NCBI GenBank assembly: GCA_040954595.2
Contig: CM082598.2
Coordinates: 3,592,565 to 3,656,564 of the forward strand
Direction: 5' to 3'
DNA: 64,000 nt
Source: Balanoglossus misakiensis
Taxonomy: Eukaryota; Animalia; Hemichordata
The position numbers were made by a program, and so were the translations under genes. Positions 20,126-42,800 of the stretch are shown here, one piece after another. Below the pieces are notes generated by a model that searched no databases, was not told where the DNA came from, and saw nothing but the letters and a program-made list of their open reading frames with translations. Each line of letters opens with the position of its first letter. Position 1 is the first letter of the stretch.

Positions 20126-21262
20126 TAGACAACCTTACACGCACAATATTTAAATTATTTCAAAATACTCTCTCATTGGACAACTCGTCCCCAATATATA
20201 AACTAAAATACCACCAGTTTCTTTTGTCGACAAACATTTTCACATTGCTTAAAAATTTATCTTACTGTTATTAATGAAAAGGACAGGTTCAGAATGCCAA
20301 TTTGCAACTAAAACTTTCTCCCAAAGTGACTGAAATTTCAACAACGACTGAGGTTTGTCCAGGAATATAGTTCCCGCCTAAAGCAAAGATATACTGCCTG
20401 TGATAATTTCCACCCATGAAGTTGTCGAATAATGTCTCCATATGAGGATTATAAAGTTGCATGGTAAAATGTCACCTTGCGCTCACGTCCGCCATTTTGG
20501 AAATGGCGACAAAATGAACAGCAGGTGCATTTGTGTCGGTATAGAGACAGAGAGTGGTCATTAAACGCAGAAAGTCAGAGAATAATGGCAATCCATCAGA
20601 ATGAACTGACCTCGAACCAGAACAGTCATTTGGTTTGGTTATAAACGGCAGTGAACGACAGTATAGCACTGCGGCAGTGAATTTTTAGGCAAGCCTACGA
20701 TATGTGAGTTGATGAAAAACTATTAAATATGGCTGCTTTTGGAAAGTCGGGGACGGACATTTGTCGGCGTAGGCCTACAGCTTATGGAATCTAAAACCTA
20801 TCAACACCTAGATTAATGGTTGCTACAGAAAACCATAATCGACCGTTAATTGATAAAGTCGTATAGCGCTAATGAAAAAATATATCGATATCGTTTGAAT
20901 GTCCCTTGTAGGTGATTTTGCCTATCTTCTTCAAACAAACTGTGGTTGTTTAACGGGCAAAGACTGATTCCATTGACATGGCCAGTTTGCCTGTGTTCAA
21001 TCCATCAGCATACAGTACACAGGTAATAGTAAATCACGCATTAGGACTTCTTTGAACTTTGAACGTTTTTTTACACCTCAATCTCTCTCCGTTGTAATCA
21101 CACAAACACCTGTTGTTCATCAAGAGATTTGCAAGATGGCGGCTACGTGTCTCAAGCGTTGTTATGGAGACGAAGTACTGCACAGCTTTCCGGGTCTCGA
21201 CCTTTTTCACCCGAGTGGATGTCAACACACGTTAGTTGCTGGTTTATAAACTGTGTATAGTA

Positions 21263-21268
21263 AATAAA
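21263..21268 (+). terminator. candidate polyadenylation signal of the + strand gene
   Basis: AATAAA followed ~35 nt later by a GT/T-rich element (TGTGTTTTTGTG at 21302). Confidence 0.4.
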
Positions 21269-22495
21269 CACATAATATGAAGCGATAAACCAAACGTACT
21301 ATGTGTTTTTGTGACCTCTTTTTGTACTATGTCATGTTATTGACTATCGTGGTATGGTAGTTGGCCATGGATTGGGTCAGAGAGGACAGAGACAAAGACC
21401 TACATGCTTTGTTAATATGTTTACGATTTGTTTTTATATATACAGTCCACTGTATATAAAACACAAAATCGCGACAACCGTGTGTGTGTGTGTGAAAGAG
21501 AGAGAGAGGGGGGGGGGAGAGGGAGAGAGAGAGATAGATTACCCTTACAATGTCGAACTGCGGAAGGCAATCATGTCAGACAAGCGCAGAGTTTCGCGAA
21601 ATCACTGTGTCACCTGCAAAGCCATAATGGTAAGCATTACTCTACATTACATGTGCGCTATTAATATCTACATAAATATTTCATTCTCAAAACATTCGGG
21701 CAATTTACTGACTTTCATAATTCATGAAGGTCTTTGTCTGTCGCTGGACACCATCATTCGCGTTTCCTGGCCTAAATGAACGTTGTAGGCGCGCTTCCTG
21801 CCAAGTATCCGATGTAAATGTTTAGTTAAGTAAGATGAATAGTTGAAATATCCGGGTTTTGGTTGAACGATTTCCATTTCGGCTAGCTTGTATTATCATT
21901 CCATGGAAAATACACGTACATCGAGAAGAGTGTTTTTCAAGGAAATGTGTAAGTTTAATTATACAAGGGTCGGCGGAAAACAAACTATAAATTATTGAAA
22001 TCATTAAAAAAATTGTCAATTCGCAGCACAAATCTATCCAGACGCTCTCCCACAAAACAATCAACAGTTCATGGAAGTATTACATTTGCGATTACAAAAA
22101 ATGTTGAACAAGAGCGATACGAAAAACAGTAAATCGGACAATATTGTCTTGTGCGGTTGATCTCAATGTCACGTGATAAAGTGACTGGTTTTCTAGTGCT
22201 CTGACTTTATCAAGTTATTGTTAAGTTAGTTGGACGAAAATGAATGTAGCTTGTATACGAAGGTACCAATTTGGTTTAAGTGTGACCGACATCTAATCTT
22301 GAATATTATAAAACGCTGTGTTTGACACCGAAATGCTCAAAAGGGCAATGTTGATTTATATGACTTATAATCCGCATTGAGGGTGTCATTCTGCTAAAAA
22401 TAAAATTGCTAGCAACTTCTGAATGCTTCGACAAAAAACAACAACAAAGAACAGTTCGTCAGGCGAGGAAACGTTATTAAAAATGTATCATTTTC

Positions 22496-24778
22496 TCATT
22501 TGTTTATATTAAGTTGCTCCTCCTGCCTGTCTTCCCGTGCGAGATATTTATACATAACGACAGCGGGCATCATGATCAGTAGTCCCGCCAGAGTGAACCC
22601 CGTGGCCAGGTCGAAGACGGGATGCCAGTGGAAATGCGGCTGTGATGTGAAAATTGTCCAGAACAGCGTCCCCAGCGGCGTGACCAGGGCCTGGACAACG
22701 ACCAGGTAGACAGCCCCGTCCGAGTAGCGCAAGAGGAGAAAGTTAAAGACGCTGGCCAAAGCGTAGCTGACCACAAACAGCCAGGAGCGTCCCACTACTT
22801 CGGAGCAGGCGGAGTCGACGCCATACTGACAGCGGAAACCGTGATTTAGACTGGAGGTGAACTCCGCGAAGTTTGACGACTGCAAGACACAAGACGAGAT
22901 GTTTTTCAAGTTGATAACGACAGGGATAGGAACATGCCTTTAACTTTCTCAAAAAATGTTATGGACATGGTAACGACAGGGATAGGAACATGCCAAAAAT
23001 GTTAGGGACATGGTTGAGGAAACGCGTACACCGTGGTTCTAAAAATGATTTTGTTTCCCCGTGTGCGACGCTGTCCCTTTATGGATATCTTGTTAAATCG
23101 CGCTACTCCACGATCCGACATCTCCCCCGATTGTACTTTCTCTCTCTATCACACACTGTGTAGTCGCGCGCAAAGTCCCTATCGCTCTGTCATGAGCATC
23201 AAAGCATCGAAAAGTGTCAACAACTTGACGAAAACCTTCAAGCTTGTTCAGTAAAAAAAACTAAGTGAACTACAACATAGCATCTATAAATATCAAACAT
23301 ATTAGTTTGTGACTTACCATGCCAAAGCCTGGTATGAAGTCGGTCCAGAATAAAAGCGCCACAGCTACCAACTGGAAACCATTCACCCAGACATTAACCA
23401 ACAAGGACGAAGCCTATAACCAACAGAAATGTTGTTATGTCTTCTCATCGTGCAGTGGTATCCTGGCCATCTGACTGTGATGTAACCTTTGAACCCTGAC
23501 CCCTGGTCACGGTGACCGCGATGATAAAAACGCGTTGACAGCACTGTTTTGCGTAAATCTCATAGGTTAGTATAGTATTGCATTTCCCAGAATAAAAACA
23601 GTTAATAGCCATTAAATATAGAAGGAAATGAAGGCAGTTTACTTTTTGAATGCGTCGAACGCAAAAATTTGGAGAGCATTTTGATTGGACGTAATGTTTG
23701 TAGGCCTACACGTGGAATTTCGCACATGCGCACAAGACACGTACCTGCTTCCCCTTCATGATTTTCTCCACCAATACATTCATCACACCCATCGGTAGGA
23801 ACCCCAGCAGAAAAGTGACGGGCCAGAGAACGCGGGCGGCTTTAGATTCATGCGCACCGGCAGCCGAACTGCTTCCTTCGTGGTCGACATCGAAAATGAC
23901 CGGCTCCATCGACACAAACAGTCCGATCAGAACTACCCCAGTACACACCAGTCGTTTGATTCCGACGCCTGAAAGAAGAGAAATTCTCACGCTAATTAAT
24001 TTGAAACTGCCAGGCCACCAATTCTCTCTCCGCCTGGTTGTGACATGATTCTGTTTCCAACCTGACTTTGCATTGAACACGACATTGCCAAACATTTTTG
24101 TTTTTGGTATACTGAAAAATAGGCAACAGTCATAGTTACAGGAGACTTTCAATGTCATAAGTTTTGTTCTGGAGCGTTGACTATTGCTGCAAATGAAGGC
24201 TGATGCTTCTGTGAAATGATGGTTTAGGGCGATACTTATTACAAAGCGGGAAATATATGAAAATGGGTTTTACCTTCTCTTATTATTATGTATCGAGCAA
24301 TGACCGTAAAGGGGATGATGGAGGTGCTGAGAATCGCTTGCAGCGCTGGGGGCGTCCTTGTTGGATCGCTGGCGTATACCACCAATAGACCGTTGAGGGC
24401 GTTGCAGACACCTGCCACGAGGACGAACTTGACCGGGGCTTCGAGGGTGAAGCTGACGCCGCGGTCGATCAGTTTCGAGATGAGGAGGAGCAGGAAGAAA
24501 AAGAAGGGGAAGATGAGGGACGACGAGAAGAGGATGTAGTACGGATCACTGACTGCGTCGACCGACTGCGCGTAGAGGGGGAGCGTCACATTCATGGCGA
24601 CGTTGGTGATGACAGTGGCCACGGTCAGAAAGACGATGAAAGTTTTCGATCCTTCCAGTCGAGCTAGCCAGGGCCGACTTCCCGGACGAGGATCGCCACT
24701 CAGGTTCTCGTGCCAAGCGTCGGCGTCTCCCAACAGGCCTTCCTGCAGCTGGTCACTTGTCGAAGACTGGAACGCCAT
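22496..24778 (-). CDS. CRT-like (chloroquine resistance transporter family, DMT superfamily) multi-pass transporter, 4 coding exons, 402 aa
   Basis: Exons (-): 24778-24274, 23968-23745, 23413-23318, 22879-22496. GT-AG introns, in frame (1209 nt), with about 10 hydrophobic segments. Motifs NGLLVVYASDPTRTPPALQAIL, FWTDFIPGFG and GAVYLVVVQALVTPLGTLFWTIF resemble the Dictyostelium/invertebrate crt homologues as I recall them. An acceptor at 24788-24789 implies a 5'UTR exon further upstream. Confidence 0.85.
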
Positions 24779-27700
24779 GTTTACAACCTTTCAACAAAAA
24801 ATAAAATGTCGAGTTAACTATCTGTTAAAATAAGTAGTGTTACCGTACCAGTACAGTGGTCATTAATTCTCAATTATGCTCAAATCGTGTAAAAATCGAC
24901 GATAAAACGGTCCGTAATCCACGGGTCCTTACGTACGTTCGGCTATATGCGTCCCGTTTGGCACACCAAGAAACGCAGCATTCTCAAACGAAACAAAAAT
25001 CCTGTATTGAAAATGCCAGGAACAATTAAAATCACCCAATAAAAGTTGGCCAAAGTCCACCTACTTAGCTTTCGCCCTGTTTTGTAGGTCTCTCAAAATA
25101 CTGGCCTTTATTTGGCCTGTACAATGCGAACAAGACCGTACACTGCAATACTGCAACACACAAAACGTCCATGTCGTGGCACTTTCACCAGACATGAATA
25201 TTTAATCACCTCTCACCTGTTTTACCTGCACCTGGTTAGTTAAAGTCGTCTGCGCATCTCCTTTGAGACTCCGGTAAATAGGGATCAGGTGAGTTGCATG
25301 TGAATCTCCGGGAGAAACCAACTTTCAGGTAAACCAGATGATACGAAATTTGGCAAAAGACACTCGCTTTCCAAACTTGCATGTTTTTTTCAGTAACGTT
25401 GAACAAATGCTTTGACTCCCCCAAAGTTCCACTATAAAATACCATCAAATTCGCGTGAATAAATACTCTTACTTTAAACTAAAAAAGTCCGACACTTTAA
25501 AGCCCCTCACCCATAATGGTATCACCCGCATGTGAAGAGTCAGCTTATCCCATTGCTGTCATACTACTTTCACGTTTGTATCAGACACAAGCTTACCTGC
25601 CTCCTTGTATGACGAGTGATTTATATTACCCCAAGTTGATTGGACTCTTGCTGCATTCGTGTTTACTCCAGCTATATGTCGTCAAAACTGTCCGAATCCC
25701 ACTTAGAACCGTGGCAGAAAAAAGCCTGTTCTGCAGTTGGTGTTATAAATAACAATTAAAGTTATACATAACGTAGAAAGTGCACGTGAAACACCCTATT
25801 TTTTCGGGTGCATACTAGACAGAGAGTGACACCTACCACGCACGACCAGTAAAAGACCAATCACCTGCAACGGCCTTGAACTCAAGGACTACAAGAGAGG
25901 CGTGACAGCGAATGTTGAATACTTTCACCAGTGGAAACATAAGTGCCTGTGTTTCCAATGAGCCGACCTACATCAAACACAGCCCCTTAACTTTTCATTG
26001 CAACGCCCTTTTTGGGTCACTACGCCACGAAAACAAAATGAACGTACGTACGTACATACATGTACGTGCATAAAGCTCCCACTAATATGCTTTATACCAA
26101 ATGAAAGCTAAGAAGACTATTAAAACAAATACTCATGGAGAACTTAGGTTTTATTTCAACAGTAATTTGGCTAGTCAAAACAGTAAGTAAATGACAGATA
26201 AGAAACAAGTCTTATTGAACCCTTCACCCTACTGTACATGTAATTTGGTATCGCCAAGGTACTCCCAATGGTGCAACTGGGTCAATCTATTTGCAAACAG
26301 GTAGTGACGGGGAAAAGGGGAAACAGAAGGTTTGGAAGATAAGGATTTGTCTGGTGTTAATGAGACATAGTACCTTGATCCCAGACGACCTATGAAATCA
26401 TACAAATGCTTATTCTGAGCAAAGGGTTAATTTGTAGTGAATGTACGTATGTGTGTGTGTGTGTGTCCGTGTGTGTGAGAGCAAGCCAAAAGGGCGAAAA
26501 TCTGTGTCCAAATTTGGGAAATTTATCAGCGATGTATGGGGAAACCTCCACAAAGGTCCTCCCTATGAGAATGCATGCACAACAAGAACAGACAGTTCTT
26601 TCCAAGAAAAAACGCCATCAAAATGTATTGGTAGACCATAATCAGTTTACCCAATCACAAACAGCGTAGCAGAATGAGAACAAATCAGAAATACTCTTCT
26701 ACAAACACTTTGGAAACACGAAGACTGTTGAAATTGTAAAGAAATCCCATCAAAACTTTTAATAGCACACGTACACTTAGTATAAACTTGATCAAAGCAA
26801 GTTTTGAAACATGGAAAATGTAAACCTGTTATTGCACATTATTGTTACTACCATAGAACTGGCACGTCACACCCCCAAACCACACTAAATGGTTTGACCC
26901 GGCCAAAGTTTTTCAATGTTAATGTAAGAAGAACACACTGGGTGGAGGGGTTCACTAATAATACTAGTTGGTAATTTTGAGTAAAGAAGAAACTCATCTC
27001 GACTATTTCCAGATGTTCTGTAGCGTCACACATGATCTCTACTGAGACAAAAGCACAGCAAAGTTTGAGTTTTGGAGGTGGCGATTTGGCTGTGTACTAC
27101 TCTGTGGTGATTTCCTCGCGAAATGAATTTAGGTTCCGATTGGAATACATGTACCATAAAATGCATATTTATTAATAACCCATACAAATTTAAATTGATT
27201 CTGAAAACACCGTTTCATTTTGAAGATGGCATGTTGAAGGGTAATCTCTCTCTACTTGATATTCTTTCAATGGAATACCATATTTTCAAGTTTGTCCGAA
27301 GTCATGCAAGACGTACTGGAACTCATGAATATGCAAATATGATGAATATGCATGATATATATGAATATTCATCCTCGCCTGTCGGTTGGTCACTTCCTGG
27401 CATGAAATGGCACATTGCAGACTTCCCAGGGAAGCCCCACTGTTTGATTTTGACAAGACTCCTTACAGCAGCCACACTGTTGTAAAATTGTTGACAGAAA
27501 AGTTGTGAAAGGGGTTTGCAGCTTCCCAATGATATCAGAACGTCAAACATTTTTGTGAAACGTTTTTAGATCCATTTTTGTGACTCATGGTAGTGATCAT
27601 GTGTGGCGGATTTCAAGAACACCTGCGACCTACAACAAAATCAAACCTGAATCGATGTTGCAAAATGCTCATGAAAATCTTGATAGCAGCTAGGAGGTCA

Positions 27701-29167
27701 AAACACAATGAAAAGTTTTCTGTTATTTGTTAAAAATCACACATGTAATAATAAATAATTTACACCTTGATATAAATGTTACATAACGTTAATCACCAGA
27801 ACAGCGCAAGACACAAAATGACAAATTCTTTGTAAACATACAAGATTCTTTCATGAAAAGTGCATAGTTTTAAGGAACTTTCGAATACACTCAGGTTGAA
27901 TTAGTTTACACCAATACTCCTGACATCTCCAGTGATGAGATACTGTGTTAGCCAATCAAGGGACTGCAGACTATGGGTAAAATGTGCTGACAGCCATATT
28001 GGATTAGTCACATGGCAATTTGGACCTATCAGTACACATGTAACTATAAGGCTTACAAATAATGATGTTTCTGTGATTATTTTACTCAGAAAAGGAAAAG
28101 ACAGTCACAAACCTATAACTGCATGTCTAAATTTGGTCACACTGTTTAATATTCGTAAGAATGACATAATTGTAAACATGTGATTGGCAGATGCCTAGAA
28201 TAATTTTGTCATGAGTGTATTCTTTTTATAATACTAATGTCGTAAAAAATATTCTATTATTATTGAAAGACAAAGTTTGGGAATATACTTTTTTCAAGTA
28301 TGTAATATAACATTTTTTTTGCAATTCAAACAACATAAAGGAATTTCAGCTTATATACAGGAAAAATTCCCATCTTTCCCAACAAACAAACAATTTTGAT
28401 TATTAACAACACCTCCAAAATCAGATATTTTACAACAATAATCACTCATGAGCAAAATATCTATGAAATCAAACAAATATGTACATCTACATAATGTATG
28501 AAAAATAACAAAATTTAACACATATCAAACATGTTAACATTAGCATGTTATGAAACTTCTAGAAATACTAATATGCTTATTTATTACCTTTACCGCTGGT
28601 TAATAATGTTACATGTAAAAAAAATAAGATTTCTTTGAGGTTTCTATCATATCATATTATAGCAAACTGATAAACAAAAACATGACTTAAGTTTTTCATC
28701 AACACAATGAATAAATAAATAAATACTTCTTTTGAAAGTGGAGTAGCCATCCCATAATATTGCAATGCTGTGATTATTTTGGAATTTCTCGACAAGCATT
28801 TATCCTAAAAAGTGTGGTATTTTTATTTGGAAAATAACAAGCAAAAGCATGTTTTTTTATAAAGCTTTTGAAGTTTTGAACGGAAAAAAGTTTGGCATTT
28901 TTAACAATGCTAGTTCATTTAGAATATACCTTATATTTCTCCAAATGTTACTTCGATCCACATACCCCCTGAAAACAGATGATCAATGGTTCATCCTTAT
29001 GTATTGGCAGCTTGTAGAGGCTATACCATTAACAACGTAGGGATGATCGTAAATCAATATTGCAATATTACACACAGACTGAGATTATCACCATAGTTCC
29101 AAATCCTAATACTTGGATTCAGTTGCCATGGGTTATATTTCCTGTTTCTCAGATCCAGTTGCCGTGG

Positions 29168-36644
<7,477 letters not shown>

Positions 36645-36736
36645 CTGCAAAAAAGAGAGAGAGACAATCTGGGTGAGATTGAGATCATTTCCAAGTTGTT
36701 TTATATTGCCATGTTGGTTCAAGCACTATCAAAAAA

Positions 36737-36810
36737 TGGTTTGGTCCAAATCCATTGTTATCTATGGTAAGTTGGACCTCTATAGAGGGAACTGCGGGTG
36801 TGAAGGCTTT
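36737..36810. mobile_element. ~90-bp MITE family, truncated copy
   Basis: ATGGTTTGGTCCAAATCCATTGTT...TTGGACCTCTATAGAGGGAACTG matches 29872-29930. Confidence 0.7.
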
Positions 36811-39800
36811 ACAGGTTAAGATCTGTACGTTAGAATTATTTGTCAGCAATACAACACGTAGGTTGTAAATGCTGATTTTTTTCAGCGGGCCATTATAAAC
36901 AAAGTAAATCTGTTGAGGGCGCTAGTAAAAGCGAATTGACGTGAAAGCGTTGAACCGACAAAGAACTAGTCTACTTTTCTGCAGATTCAGCGAGATTGCA
37001 GTAAACTTGGCTAATACCAGAAACAGAATAAAACACAGATTAACGGGTACAAGCTTCATCCTCCCAGTACAAAGAGTGCAAAGCGGTGTTAGCTATATCT
37101 AGACAGGTCAGAAGATCAAGATTTTCCCGAGTGGATTTTCAGAGCTCAAAAGTACAGCTCGAGCCAAAGCTAATACATGAAACAATTCTTTGGCACACAT
37201 AACTAACTAACATGCAACACTGAGAAAGAATACAAAGCTACTCCTGGGCTTTTCGTTCTGAGAATCTAACACGCAGCCGTACTTTAGTAATGAGCTGTTG
37301 GTGCCAACGTGCGATCAGATGATCTGTATAGCCGTTCCCCCAGGGACAGGGAACAGCAATTCAATCTCGAACACCCCGAGTAAAAAAACAGAAAAGAACA
37401 TGTCTTCATTAAAAAAAGCCCTGGCTTTCTGCCATTTTGTGCTCATTATTCGCGAACAAAGCACCATTCCTCGCAGAAACCCGTGTGGAAATTTCACTTT
37501 TTTTCTCTCTCTTTTTTCCCCCAAGCGCTTCAATTACATCTGGCATCCATACCATCTGGGTCACGCATAATTGTAATGGACTGTACAAATTACGACTCAA
37601 GAGGGCTGCAGACAAAAGTTACACAAACAGGGAGAATGTGTTCACTCTATTTTATGTGGGAATCCTGAGCTGTTTGTGATCAGAAATGACAGTTTGGTAT
37701 CTACGTAAGAGTTTTCCCACATTCTTTCTCATGGTCTGATCAACCAACTTTGCAAAGAGACTTATGATGTGAAACAAAAGGCATGGATGTGAGATGGCAA
37801 CAAAGTTACAAAAGAATCTAACAAAAAATGTAGCAATCACATTGCAGATTGAAACAAAGTAACAATATAGTAACTATGTAACAAAAGCACCAATCCCATG
37901 TCAGTTTGAAACAAAGTACATGTAACAATAAAAAAACAATATGTATCAATCAAATGAAACATAGTAACTACTATTGTCAAAAAGAATATCTATCAGATTC
38001 ACTCCCTGGCTCCAATATGAGAGTGAAATCTTTAACTGCAGGAATGATACAGATCTTGCAAACCATACTAATTGGTCTCAAAGGACAGAAATTTCAAGCA
38101 ATAGACATTTCAAAATAAACCTCACAGACCAGAAAATTACTCCCAACGCTAGCGACAGTTGAAACAAGCTCTAATGACTTCCACTAGCGAGATGCAGACT
38201 TATTCTTATCAAACACAAATTATCAGACAACAGACCCATATGCAAGAGGTTCATTTTATCTACGAGGTCATATACAAGCTTGTTTACGTTTAAAATCGCT
38301 GTGTACTTTCACACACAATAAATACTCCTGTTTTTTCACGCGCTCATTTTCGACAGATCGTAACTTTACCGTTTGAACAAAACAATCTTGACAAAAATAT
38401 AGCATATTAAAAATACACATTCAAAATTATTTAAAATTAGTTCAAAGTGTCTTCAGCACCTAACATATGCTGATTAAAAAAGAAACAGGTTTTGAATTTT
38501 AGACGTTTTCACACAAAAATAACATCAGTTGGGTGGACGATTATAGAATTTGGACGGTTGCCAAAGAGACTGGGACTGAAGGACAAAGGAACAGTTAAAG
38601 TGCTTTGCCCGATATTTTCTGTATTTGAGACACGCAAAGTGTTTCTATTCTTCAAGATGATGTCTACAATGCAACGTGCGTGATTGAAACGAGAGATAAA
38701 AATCACCCATCACATTTAAATTAAGTCCCTGACTCATGAGAAGTAGGTGGTCTTCTTTCATCAGCTGTAACGCGTCCAGACATCCCAATTATTACCGACT
38801 CCTTTATCGTAGTACATGCTTCTGGGATAGATTTCAGGAAACAAATGATAGTGCGACAAACCTTTCAATTCTTTGCTATAGTAAAGCGTGTGAGAATTTT
38901 TCTAAACAAAGAAGAATACACAGTGTTCACCCACTTGTTTTCATAAATATAAGTATACTTTAAATTTTCAACATAGATTAAAAATAGAGATTGGCCGCCA
39001 TTTTGAATTTCAAATGTGTGACAATTTGGCGTTCTCATCCAACCTTTTTAAAGTCACCATGCTTTGCACGTCTTATCCCATCCCAAGTATTGCTCACAGT
39101 TTTACAAAACCACTACATCGTCACAGACACGTGCAAATCACCATGGCGATGAGAATTCAAATTTTGAAAGCAGTGTGGCCAAATACTAGAAATAGAGGTA
39201 AAAGTTAACAGCTATATGTCCCTCTAAGTGTTTTCTCACAAAGCTTCTGCAGCAGTGTGACAAGGAATTAATATGTACAGTGAGAAAACCAGGATTAAAT
39301 CCCATCACTGCAACATGATAGTCTTAACAGCGACAACCAGAGGGAGTTTACAGATATCAATGTCTGTCTCTCTTCCCTGTGTAAAAGAAAAAAACCTTTC
39401 TTGAGTCCGCGAACAGACTTCCTTTTTAAAGTCGAACGTTGCACCCATTCCAATTCAGACTCTAAGCTCCGCGCACCTGGGGGCGATTGGCTAACATCCA
39501 AATTACTTTCTCAGACATCTTTGACGGCTGTGCTCGGGCCCACATCAACTTTCTGAGATTACAATCATCTGGTGTTGCGAATAAAGACGTCTAGTCTGTC
39601 AGACAGTGTTTCATTGCAGACCAAAGTGTGATACAATAACGGGCAATCAAAATGACAGACCAGCTGAGTCAGTTTCTACTAGCTTTCCAAAGCGTTTGTG
39701 CTCAGAACGCAACTGTTGGTTGTTGGATTTGAATCAGAGGAAAAGGAACATAATTCGCTCTTACTAACACATTCACTGTCTAAGGTGAATGACCCGATGA

Positions 39801-42800
39801 AAACTTTTGATCAGAATCTTTGAAACGAGATTTCATCTACTGTAGAAAGCCAAAATTTCACACTCAATGTGACTTTTCCATTATTGAGTCAACCAGATCG
39901 GCAGCTAATCAAAGTTGCAAAGCCCGTACCACAATAAAAAATATCCAGTATGAGTACACTGCACTGTAATCTCCACGCAAGGCCAGTAGTTTCAATCACT
40001 CATTAAGTATGAATCACCAAAGTGCACCATTTAAGATCCTTAATTACCATGGCAACCAGTTGATGAGTTGTGATATAGTTAACTTTCCAGTCACTGTTCT
40101 AAAACGCACTTTAAGCTATCGCTAAATATGATAACAGTTGTCCTGTTAAAGTGCACATGCTCCATTCAACTTTTGATCCAGTGTCAATTTTCACTTTTGT
40201 ACACCTTGTTAGGGGTTCCAATTGCATGATAATAACTGCATTGTGGGTAACAAAAGTCGACTACTCAATGTAGTTAGAATTTCAAGTGATGATATGTTAA
40301 CTGTTTTTCAGGAGAAGTAATGTCTCTACCATTCTCTTCCAGTGCACCCGACCAAGGCAAGGCGAATTTGCTCTAAGCCAATGACAAATTACTACTAAAC
40401 GTCGATGATTACAAGCAAATCTCATTGCTAGCGCACATTACCACGGCAACCTGCACGTAATCAGCATTTGTTTGATCCATCAATCGATGTCGTCATTATC
40501 GTGCTCTCTCGACGTAACATTACCAGGGCTTGATAAACCGTGCTGAACCCCTGAATGATTTTAACTTCACGTAATTACAATAACTCTTAGAAGCTGGAAA
40601 CTATTAAAATGCCCTGCTGCATGATAATGACCAATGTGGAAATTGCCTATCAGTTATACACAGACACAGGTACAGGTACATACATACGACGTACGTACAT
40701 ACATACATACATACATGTATATACAGTCCAACCATGTGATAATCATCCTTATCAACACAACAACATCACCAAACAATATAACAAGACATGCAGTAGACAC
40801 TTAGGACTCCATAATAAAAGGGGACTGTGCCCTATGTGTGAAAAACACGCAACTCAAAACCAAACTCACATTGCATGACATTCATGTTTTGATGGGACTC
40901 AAGAACTTTACATTGCTAGATTTGGGATGTCAAGTTTGCAGACATCAAAAGCATACGAGTGGTTCATTAATGTTTGTCACTGTCATCTTAACAAGACACT
41001 GCCTGCAGGGAGAACATACTTACTAACGTTCGGAAGGACTGTTTTGTATAACTGCACATGTAGGTCGACTTTAACTAAGAAACCACGAGTCAATTAACTA
41101 ACGCGACACATTCTGCCGAAAGATGTTTCAAAATGCATTTAAAGAGAGCAAAGTACTTTTTGTTATCTGTTGGATATCCACTTTAAAGTGACAGCACTTT
41201 TGAAGTCTTTACAGAAAGCAGGTTCGACATCTCCAAATTCAATACCATGCACACGCATGCACTTTCGTCATAGAAGAACAAGTGCTAAACACAAGTGTCG
41301 TGTACATTTCCTCACCATATTTCCAACCAATACAGTTCACTAACTGAGATTTCTGATTTTCAGCAAGAAAATCACGTTAAACATCGAAATACTCCAATGC
41401 CGTTTGTAAAAGCGCTCAATTGACATTTGTACTGTCTAAATTTGTTTGGAAACTTTATCTGTTAAGTCATCCATACATTTGTTCATCAATTCGTTTGATA
41501 ATGCACAGTGCGTACACCTCCATCACCCATTCAATCTCTTTAATCCCAGGAAAATAAACATAACTGATTCAATTTAGGAGTGCAACTGATCAGATACTCA
41601 GGATTTATGAACGGAGAGTTGGAGAGTTGATTAACGTTAAAAGTACGATGTACGGCCATCGACATGTGCAGAACATCATCCAGAATCCAGCCGTCCAAGC
41701 CAGTACACAAGACACACATGCAAGAACGTGATGAAGTAACACACAAAGACTTGCATGGCAAAGGACATGATGGAACTAACTTCGAAACACAAACGAGAAC
41801 AGATCCTCTCCGATCAACTGTGAAACATTTCTGTTTCCGTGGACGATAAACAAGCTGAGTAAATCTCAGAGGAAACAGGAGCCGTCCATTTTTGTAACAT
41901 TCAAAGCTGTAAAAGAAGTCAACTAGAAGCAGGTTACCAGAACTTCATGTTGATTGGATCCCACATGAAAAGATTTATAGTGCCATGGGCACTGTAGCTA
42001 CAAATCGTGTTGTCCTATTTTCGAAAATAAGCCTCCTGTGGCACGATTACTGAAATGTGTACATGAGAGAGCTTGTTATTTGAGATCTTAAGTCTCGAAG
42101 TTGCCAAATTGTACAAAACTGTCAATGGAAAAATCAATAGACCAGATTGTTGTCACGTAGACAGAATTGGGTTTGCATAGTAATGGCATATCATTGAAGA
42201 ATTCATGACGTCTTTTTGGACAGACAAGAAAAAAGACGGAACAAGAAAAATTCTCTTAGCTTGCATTTGAATTGAAGTAACTCAGAAACTAATGCCGTGG
42301 TTTGATATTGAATACGACGAAAAACTAGGCGAGCAGCCTTGTCTACCCCGAGACTCTCAATGGCCACTTGTGCCATTTGGCCTTAGTTTCACGTCATAAA
42401 AACTGTGTTAAGCTTGTTTCTCAATAGCTCCTTTCAGAAGACCATGTGGCATCTTTTGCGCGATTGAATTATCGTGGGAGCACAGAGAGCTGACATTGTT
42501 GGAAACCCAGTCTATGCTCAGGTGGCCAAAAGTAATCCAAGGGCCAAATCAGCGGTATCCGCGGCAATCATCAAGATGTACACGCCTGATGACAAGGACA
42601 TCCGGCGCGGTGACACAAACATGTGACTCATGATCCAGAACGTGCGATCGTTGTTGACATTCACTGATGTTCATGTCTTTTGACAGATGCAAAGTCTGTG
42701 TCAGAGGTGTTTGCTATCATGCTGACAGAATAGAATTGAATTTTTCCCCCAGCTTCAGTTGTCACCATAAGTCAGAACAAATATCGTCTTGACTGACCAA

